Shown here one piece after another: positions 25,004-30,390 of a stretch of DNA of 30,390 bases. The stretch covers positions 1 through 30,390 of the IMG/VR virus record IMGVR_UViG_3300049782_000039; one strand, given 5' to 3'. Both the position numbers and the translations under genes were made by a program. Numbering within the stretch: position 1 is the stretch's first letter; the number at the start of each line of letters is the position of its first letter. The stretch is from a virus. Taxonomy: Duplodnaviria > Caudoviricetes. The notes beneath the pieces are model-generated. The model had not been told where the DNA came from. It saw nothing but the letters and a program-made list of their open reading frames with translations, and did no database searches.

Positions 25004-25028
25004 GCCCGGCCGCTGTCGGCGGCCGGGC
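25004..25028 (-). terminator. Hairpin between CHAP endolysin and holin
   Basis: GCCCGGCCGC / GCGGCCGGGC, 10-bp stem. Confidence 0.45.
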
Positions 25029-25035
25029 CGGCTGA

Positions 25036-25824
25036 TCAGGCGACGACGTCGAACCCGTGCCGCTGCCCGAGGCGGCGCAGCGACGTCATGCCGGGCGTGC
25101 CGTCGGCATCGCCGCCGGGCTGCGTACCGGTGTAGCCGAGTCGCTGCTGCCACAGGCTGTACGCGCTGCGCGTCGCCGTGCCGAAATGCCCGTCGGCGTA
25201 CCGCGCGGCGAGCAGCCGCTCGGCGACGAGTGCCTGCTCGACGTACTTGGCCGGGGCGTACGAGACCGGCGCGCCCTTCTTCGGCGGGTCGACCTTGCTC
25301 GCCCGCACGAGCTTGGCGAGGGACACCTGCGGGCGCTTCGAGCCCGAGCTGCCGCTCGCGGTCGTGGTCGCCGCCTTGTACTTCGGGCGGCCGTAACCGG
25401 CGATGTCAGCCTCGGTGCGCACGCGGCGGGCGCAGACGCTCGCGGTGTTGCCTTCGATCGTGTAGACGAGGCTGCCGCTTACGCCGGTCACGATGCCGAC
25501 GTGGTCGATCCGGGCGATCTCGTTCGTGCCCGCCCAGTCGAAGAACACGATGTCGCCGCGCCGGATCCCCTTCGTACCGGCGTGCCACTCGCCGGCCGCC
25601 TTGAAGCGGGCTGCGTGCGCCACGGTGTACGCGTAGTCGGTGCCGTGACACACCGCCTCGTACTCGCCGGCCTCGACGGCGGCGCGGGTGATCGTGGCGT
25701 CGCACCAGGGGAAGTTGTAGTTGTACGCGGCGCCGTTGCGCTCGCGGTACCAACGCTGAATGTCGTTCGGCTCGCCCGTGCCGATCCAGCGTTCGACCGC
25801 CTTGATCATCGTCTCGACGCTCAC
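25036..25824 (-). CDS. Endolysin, CHAP domain plus peptidoglycan-binding domain
   Basis: PWCD, GDIVFFDW, DHVGIV, TIEGNT; C-terminal DGHFGTAT..WQQRLGY..DADGTPG. Confidence 0.9.
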   Translation of the reverse strand: MSVETMIKAVERWIGTGEPNDIQRWYRERNGAAYNYNFPWCDATITRAAVEAGEYEAVCHGTDYAYTVAHAARFKAAGEWHAGTKGIRRGDIVFFDWAGTNEIARIDHVGIVTGVSGSLVYTIEGNTASVCARRVRTEADIAGYGRPKYKAATTTASGSSGSKRPQVSLAKLVRASKVDPPKKGAPVSYAPAKYVEQALVAERLLAARYADGHFGTATRSAYSLWQQRLGYTGTQPGGDADGTPGMTSLRRLGQRHGFDVVA

Positions 25825-26084
25825 GCGGACGCGCCCCCCTTCGGGGTGTCGTCGCCCTCGGCGGCCGCGTCCTGGTCGCCGTCGACGTCCTCGGCGGCCG
25901 CGTCCTGGTCGCCGCCGGTCTCGGGCCCGGTGTAGTGCCCGGCCATGTCCGGCGTGCCGAACTGCTCGGCGAGCAGCTCGGCCTCGCCCTCGACGGTCGG
26001 CCCGTTGCCGGTGCGCGTGAGGTGCTGCGCCTGGTCGTCCTGGTCGCCGAGCCGCTCGGGGATCGGCCGTTCGGTGTCACCCAT
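25821..26084 (-). CDS. 87-aa acidic protein coupled to the CHAP endolysin
   Basis: AGGAGG RBS; GTGA overlap with the lysin start. Confidence 0.75.
   Translation of the reverse strand: MGDTERPIPERLGDQDDQAQHLTRTGNGPTVEGEAELLAEQFGTPDMAGHYTGPETGGDQDAAAEDVDGDQDAAAEGDDTPKGGASA
25856..25914. repeat. 26-bp in-frame direct repeat (period 33 nt)
   Basis: CCTCGGCGGCCGCGTCCTGGTCGCCG at 25856 and 25889; encodes GDQDAAAE twice. Confidence 0.85.
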
Positions 26085-26105
26085 GGGTGAGCCTCCTGTG
26101 TGCGT

Positions 26106-26140
26106 GCATGAGAAACGCCCCGGCCGACGGGCGCGGGGCG
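26106..26140 (-). repeat. Lysin leader element, copy 2 (hairpin + UUUC)
   Basis: 31/35 identical to 27015-27049. Confidence 0.8.
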
Positions 26141-26165
26141 TGCGATTGATCAGGCAGACGGGGAT

Positions 26166-27002
26166 TCAGCTCGCGGCGGTCGACGGGCCGGGCAGGTAGC
26201 CGAGCAGCGTGCGCAGACTGCCGGCGCCGGGCACCCCGTCGGCGTCCTGATACGGGGCGGTCCCGGTGTAACCGAGCGACACCTGATAGTCGCTGTAGTT
26301 ACGGGTGTCCGCGTCGGTCCACAGCGGGCCGGGCCCCACGCTGTAGTGGGCGCCGAACCCCCGGCGCACGAGCGCCTCGCCGACGGTGGTGACGTGATCG
26401 CCGCGCGCCCCGTACCCGTACGGCAGCCCGTTGATCACCACCTGATAGCGGGCGATGACCGGCTCGGCGTCGTCGTCGGTGCTGCCCGGCCGAGGGGCGC
26501 CGGACTGCACCCACGCGTACAGCGGTTCGCCGGGGCACAGAGTGGCGTACCCGTCCCGGTGCCCGAGGACGTCGTCGCCGGCGTCGCCGTCGCTGCGCAG
26601 CCACTCGATAGCGTCGACCAGGCCGTGAAGCATGGCGTCCGTCGGCTGAACGAGCCCGGAGTCGCCGACCATGGCGAGCACCGCATAATGCCGCGTGTTG
26701 AGCGTCTCGCTCCCGTTGGCGGCGGTCCGGCGGTGCGCGCCGCGCCCCTCGAACACGGCGCCGTGCGGGCAGACAGCCGCGTTGTACGCGATGTCGCTGT
26801 AATCCTCGTCCGGGTCGGCGAGGTGAGCGGCCTGCAGGTCGCGCATGTGCCCGGCGCACGAGCCGTGAGCGTCCGGGCCAGCGAGCGACTCAGGCACCCA
26901 CACACCCTCGTAATGGATCTTCACTCCCTCCGTGTCGGCGACGTACACGAGGTCGTCGCGGGGCGGCAGCGCGCCCCACGCTTCACGAGTGACGAAATCC
27001 AT
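26166..27002 (-). CDS. Endolysin, N-acetylmuramoyl-L-alanine amidase (Amidase_2/PGRP) plus binding domain
   Basis: VTREAWGA, IHYEG, DIAYN, VFEGRG, GHRD..T.CPG. Confidence 0.9.
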   Translation of the reverse strand: MDFVTREAWGALPPRDDLVYVADTEGVKIHYEGVWVPESLAGPDAHGSCAGHMRDLQAAHLADPDEDYSDIAYNAAVCPHGAVFEGRGAHRRTAANGSETLNTRHYAVLAMVGDSGLVQPTDAMLHGLVDAIEWLRSDGDAGDDVLGHRDGYATLCPGEPLYAWVQSGAPRPGSTDDDAEPVIARYQVVINGLPYGYGARGDHVTTVGEALVRRGFGAHYSVGPGPLWTDADTRNYSDYQVSLGYTGTAPYQDADGVPGAGSLRTLLGYLPGPSTAAS

Positions 27003-27014
27003 GAGCCCTCCGGG

Positions 27015-27049
27015 GCATGGGAAAGGCCCCGGCCGATCGGCGCGGGGCG
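27015..27049 (-). repeat. Lysin leader element, copy 1 (hairpin + UUUC)
   Basis: GCATGGGAAAGGCCCCGGCCGATCGGCGCGGGGCG, immediately upstream of the GGAGGG RBS. Confidence 0.8.
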
Positions 27050-27086
27050 GTGCAGGTGAGAGCGAGCGGACGCGCCGGCTCGTCGA

Positions 27087-27779
27087 TCAGGCGGTCGTGT
27101 TGTCGACGACGAGCCCGAGCTGCGCGAGTGCGGCGATCAGCGAGCCGAGGGCGGCGTTCCCGCCGCGGGATCCGGTGACCGTCGGCCGGGCGATCGGCGC
27201 TGCGCCGTAGAAACCGGCCTGCGCGCCGAGGTGCTTGAGCGTCTGCCCGATGGTGAAAGAGTCGTCGGTTCGCAGCGAGTCGACTGCGTCCCGGTAGAGG
27301 TTCGTGTCGCGGGTCGCGTTGCCCGGCCCCCAGTCCTGGCGCCCCGACGCGTCCCGGCGGTACCGGTCGAACGCGTCCGTCACCACGAGAGAGGCGTCGA
27401 CAACACTCGTGGCAGCGCTGAGGCTCGCCGTTACCGTGCCGGTCCGGGTGCCGCCCGACAGCGGCAGAAACGTCCCGTCGACGTAGCTTCGGAAACTCGT
27501 CGTGAGCGTTCGCCGCCGCGGTCCCGCACCGCCGTTCGCGTCGAGGTACATCTCTGTGACGCCGTCCGGCCCGAAGAACTGCGGGATCGCGCCGTTCCCG
27601 TCCGTCACGAGCGAGACAAGCGGCGTCGTGCCGTCGGTGTCGGTCAGATCGGTGTGCTGTGTCCCGCCGAAGTCCGCGTTCCAGCACGTGACCGTGACGC
27701 CCGGCCGCAGTACGGCCGCGTTCCCCGTTCCGAGCCCGACCACATAATCGGCGATGCCGCCGAATCGGTACCGTGCCAC
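27087..27779 (-). CDS. Minor tail/tail fibre-like protein
   Basis: Gly/Thr-rich; ARYRFGG.ADYV..GGTQHTDL..IPQFFGPDGV N-terminus; last gene of the tail block. Confidence 0.7.
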   Translation of the reverse strand: MARYRFGGIADYVVGLGTGNAAVLRPGVTVTCWNADFGGTQHTDLTDTDGTTPLVSLVTDGNGAIPQFFGPDGVTEMYLDANGGAGPRRRTLTTSFRSYVDGTFLPLSGGTRTGTVTASLSAATSVVDASLVVTDAFDRYRRDASGRQDWGPGNATRDTNLYRDAVDSLRTDDSFTIGQTLKHLGAQAGFYGAAPIARPTVTGSRGGNAALGSLIAALAQLGLVVDNTTA

Positions 27780-27783
27780 TGCG

Positions 27784-28707
27784 TCACCACCTGATGTAGG
27801 TCATCGTGAGATACAAGCCGTTGCCGGTGGGGACGTCCTCGGATACGGACCGCACCCAGATATCGCCGTTCGTGCGTACCTCGACGCGTGCCGCGTGTCC
27901 TCCCGAGAACTGCGCCCCGAAGTAGTGGTTCGGGGTGAGCGGGCGGAGCGGCGCGGGCACCGTGGCGACTTTCGAGCCGTCAGTGTCGTCGACGGCCAGC
28001 CGGCTTCCGGTGAGCGACTTTGCGATCCGCAGCGTCACGATGCCGTTGCGCAGACGGCCGACGTTGGCGCCGGCCGATGACCACGCGCTGAACCCGGCGC
28101 CGAGCGCGATCTCCCCGCTGTCCTCGTAGACGATCACCCACGCGTTCCCGGTCCACATGCGCAGGACGCCGGTATCGGTCTCGAACGCCTGCTCGCCCGG
28201 CAGCGGGTGCAGCGGGAGTGTGGTGGACGTGCACGGGCGGGTGCGGGCGCCGACGTACTGCTCGCCCCTCGTCACGCCGACGACGCTCGCCCCGTTGGCG
28301 ATCGTCACAGTCGCGAGGGGGATCTCGAACACGCCCGTGCTGCCCTGATCCCGCACGAGCGCCGGGGGACCCGATCCGGGCGTTCCCTGCCGCACCGTGG
28401 CGGTCACAGTCCATGTCGACCGGTCCAGCCGCAGCACGACCCGGTCGACCCGAGTCGACCCGCTGCTGTTGGCTGCGATCGCCAGATTCACCACAGTCGT
28501 TCCCGAGTACCACGCACGCCCGCGCACCGACGCGTACACCCCGGCGCGCACGTCGACGGAGCGCCCTACGCCGGCGGCGACGACTGCGGCGTCGGCCGGC
28601 GAGCCGTACACGCCGTCGTCGGAGTAGCGGGCGGAAAGCTGCTCGTACTCGGCGTCGGTCACCGCCCGGCTGTTGTACGACGGTGATGGCCAGGAGTTCT
28701 GAGCCAC
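27784..28707 (-). CDS. Minor tail protein
   Basis: IAANSSGSTRVDRVVLRLD..GTPG..PPAL..FEIPLA motif typical of actinophage baseplate proteins. Confidence 0.8.
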   Translation of the reverse strand: MAQNSWPSPSYNSRAVTDAEYEQLSARYSDDGVYGSPADAAVVAAGVGRSVDVRAGVYASVRGRAWYSGTTVVNLAIAANSSGSTRVDRVVLRLDRSTWTVTATVRQGTPGSGPPALVRDQGSTGVFEIPLATVTIANGASVVGVTRGEQYVGARTRPCTSTTLPLHPLPGEQAFETDTGVLRMWTGNAWVIVYEDSGEIALGAGFSAWSSAGANVGRLRNGIVTLRIAKSLTGSRLAVDDTDGSKVATVPAPLRPLTPNHYFGAQFSGGHAARVEVRTNGDIWVRSVSEDVPTGNGLYLTMTYIRW

Positions 28708-28711
28708 TGCC

Positions 28712-29866
28712 CTACCTCGCTTCCACTCGTCCGAGCCTGCGGCTCAACTCGCGCACGATGCGCACCATCTGAGGATCCGTAGTCGCTTCCGGCGAGCCGA
28801 TCAGCGACGTCACGTGCTCGCCGCTCGCCGGCGTCGCCTGCAGGTGGATCGACCGCACGAGGTCGATCACCTCGACCCCGGTAGGCAGCGCAACGGTGAC
28901 GCGGTCGCCGAGCCCGAAGTCGACGCCCGCCCGCAGCCCGTCGGTGTCTACCGTGACCGTTGCCAGTTCGACCGGCGCCGACCCGCCCGCCAGCGCCTCG
29001 GTGCCGTCCTGTGTCAACTCGCCCGCACTGTTGTTGTCCGCCGAGCCGTTCACGAGCTGCTCGACGCGCCACCATGCCGCGGCCGCCGCGGTGTCGGCGA
29101 CCTCGACGTACGCGCGGGGCGTCGCCTGATCGGAGCCGGTGACGAGGGCGTGCGTCACGGTCGGCGCCGACCGCTTGTACCGGACCGACCGCAGGTTGCC
29201 CAGGCTCGACGAGAACCGCGCCGATGCCGTGCGATCGACCGGTGCGTACACCTCAAAGACGATCTGCGCCCCGCTCTGGCGTGTCCGGAACCCGAGCCCG
29301 CCGCCGTCGATCGCCACCCTGCGGCACGTGGCGAGCAGTCCCTCAAAGCGGGTGTTCACGCTCGTCGACGTGCCGACCCCGGCGGGCGCGGCGAGCGTGA
29401 AGTTCGGGATCCTGCGGGCGACCTGGGCGCCCGGCCCGCAGTTCTCATTGATCAGCGTCCGGATGATCGTTTCGGCGTTCGTCGCCGAGATCTGCCGGGC
29501 GGTAGCCGGCTGCGCCGACCACGCCGACGCCGGGGCGGGCCATGTCAGGTAGCCGGCCGGGCGGGCGAGGTCGTCGGAGAATGAGACCGTCACCCGGCCG
29601 GGCGGTGCCTCGCCGTCGGCGCCGATGCCCCACGAGAACTCGTTCGGGATCTCCATCGGTCCGGCCATCCATACGGCGCCGTCGCGGATGACGACGAGTC
29701 GGTTTCCGGGCTGCAGTTGCGCCATGACGTACGGATGCGCGACCAGGTCGACGGAGCCGGATCCGGGTTCGTTGAACCGCTGCGTCGCGTCCAACGACAG
29801 CCAGTCGGCTAGGGGATCGCCCTGCACGACGAGATTCTCATCGGTGACCAGTAGCTGAATCGCCAC
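28712..29866 (-). CDS. Siphovirus Gp37-like minor tail (baseplate hub) protein
   Basis: RFNEPGSG, AETII..LIN.N.GP, RF..LL, FS..LGNL, DFGLGDRVTV; follows the distal tail gene. Confidence 0.85.
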   Translation of the reverse strand: MAIQLLVTDENLVVQGDPLADWLSLDATQRFNEPGSGSVDLVAHPYVMAQLQPGNRLVVIRDGAVWMAGPMEIPNEFSWGIGADGEAPPGRVTVSFSDDLARPAGYLTWPAPASAWSAQPATARQISATNAETIIRTLINENCGPGAQVARRIPNFTLAAPAGVGTSTSVNTRFEGLLATCRRVAIDGGGLGFRTRQSGAQIVFEVYAPVDRTASARFSSSLGNLRSVRYKRSAPTVTHALVTGSDQATPRAYVEVADTAAAAAWWRVEQLVNGSADNNSAGELTQDGTEALAGGSAPVELATVTVDTDGLRAGVDFGLGDRVTVALPTGVEVIDLVRSIHLQATPASGEHVTSLIGSPEATTDPQMVRIVRELSRRLGRVEAR

Positions 29867-29878
29867 CCGCCCGCCCCC

Positions 29879-30390
29879 TCACGCTGTCTCGAACCGCGGG
29901 TGATACGTCAGGTCGACGGCGCTGCCGGGCCCTGCGCCGTCCAGTTGAAAAGTGACGTCCGTGCTGCCGGGCGGCAGCGACCACAGCGAGGCGCCCGGCC
30001 AGTCGAGCGCGCCGATCCAATTGCTGCCGTCCTGGTAGCGCACCTGCGGCGGGTCGGTGCGAACGGTCACCTTCTGACCGGCCAGCAGCGCGCCGTGCCC
30101 GACGGCGCTCGGGTTGACTGTGAACGCCTCGCCGTTGTCCTGCCGCGTGAACGTGATCGAACTTGCCGGGCCGGTGATCGTCCAGACCGGCCACACCTCG
30201 ACGTCGCCGGCGTTGACGACCGTCGTCGCGCCGAGCACCTGCGACGACGACACAGTCGGGAACGGCGCGAGGAAGTCGGCGGCGGCCGTGCCGTACTCGC
30301 GGTGCACCGTGACTGCCTCGGTGTCCCACCAGTAAGGGTCCGCGCACCACAGCGTCAGGACCGCGCTGTCGACGATCCGCCCCGATCCCC
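29879..30390 (-). CDS. Distal tail protein (5' part outside the window)
   Basis: Frame open to the window edge: LTLWCADPYWW...VNAGDVEVWPVWTITGP...LWSLPPG. Confidence 0.85.
   Translation of the reverse strand, partial: GSGRIVDSAVLTLWCADPYWWDTEAVTVHREYGTAAADFLAPFPTVSSSQVLGATTVVNAGDVEVWPVWTITGPASSITFTRQDNGEAFTVNPSAVGHGALLAGQKVTVRTDPPQVRYQDGSNWIGALDWPGASLWSLPPGSTDVTFQLDGAGPGSAVDLTYHPRFETA

Noticed and set aside
1-30390. tRNA genes, IS elements, bldA-dependent TTA codons
   Set aside because: No cloverleaf or transposase seen by eye, and the TTA/TAA occurrences I spot-checked were out of frame; this was not an exhaustive scan.

Overview
This is a high-GC actinobacterial (Streptomyces-type) temperate siphovirus segment, mostly encoded on the minus strand. 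Reading from the right end: distal/minor tail genes (27.1-30.4 kb); a lysis cassette with two endolysins (Amidase_2 and CHAP), a holin, and coiled-coil and collagen-like membrane proteins (23.6-27.0 kb); an accessory four-gene module headed by an XRE-HTH/helical-repeat regulator (20.9-23.5 kb); a probable intact attP (20532-20581); a plus-strand repressor - membrane protein - large serine integrase unit (18.1-20.5 kb); an immunity switch with seven TTCC-N6-GGAA-type sites; a cro-led, translationally coupled early operon (PD-(D/E)XK exonuclease, Gp3/RDF-like protein, DnaQ, RuvC, Dam-like and C5 methyltransferases, replication initiator, loader-like protein, putative late activator); and two divergent small-HTH/cargo modules at the left end. 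Phage genes on both sides of an intact attP suggest non-integrated (virion or excised) DNA. The most striking feature is a dual-coded C5 methyltransferase: its +1 frame carries a 318-codon ORF of tandem LLPTP repeats that shows the better codon bias over most of the variable region. All product calls come from motif recognition by eye; no database search was run.
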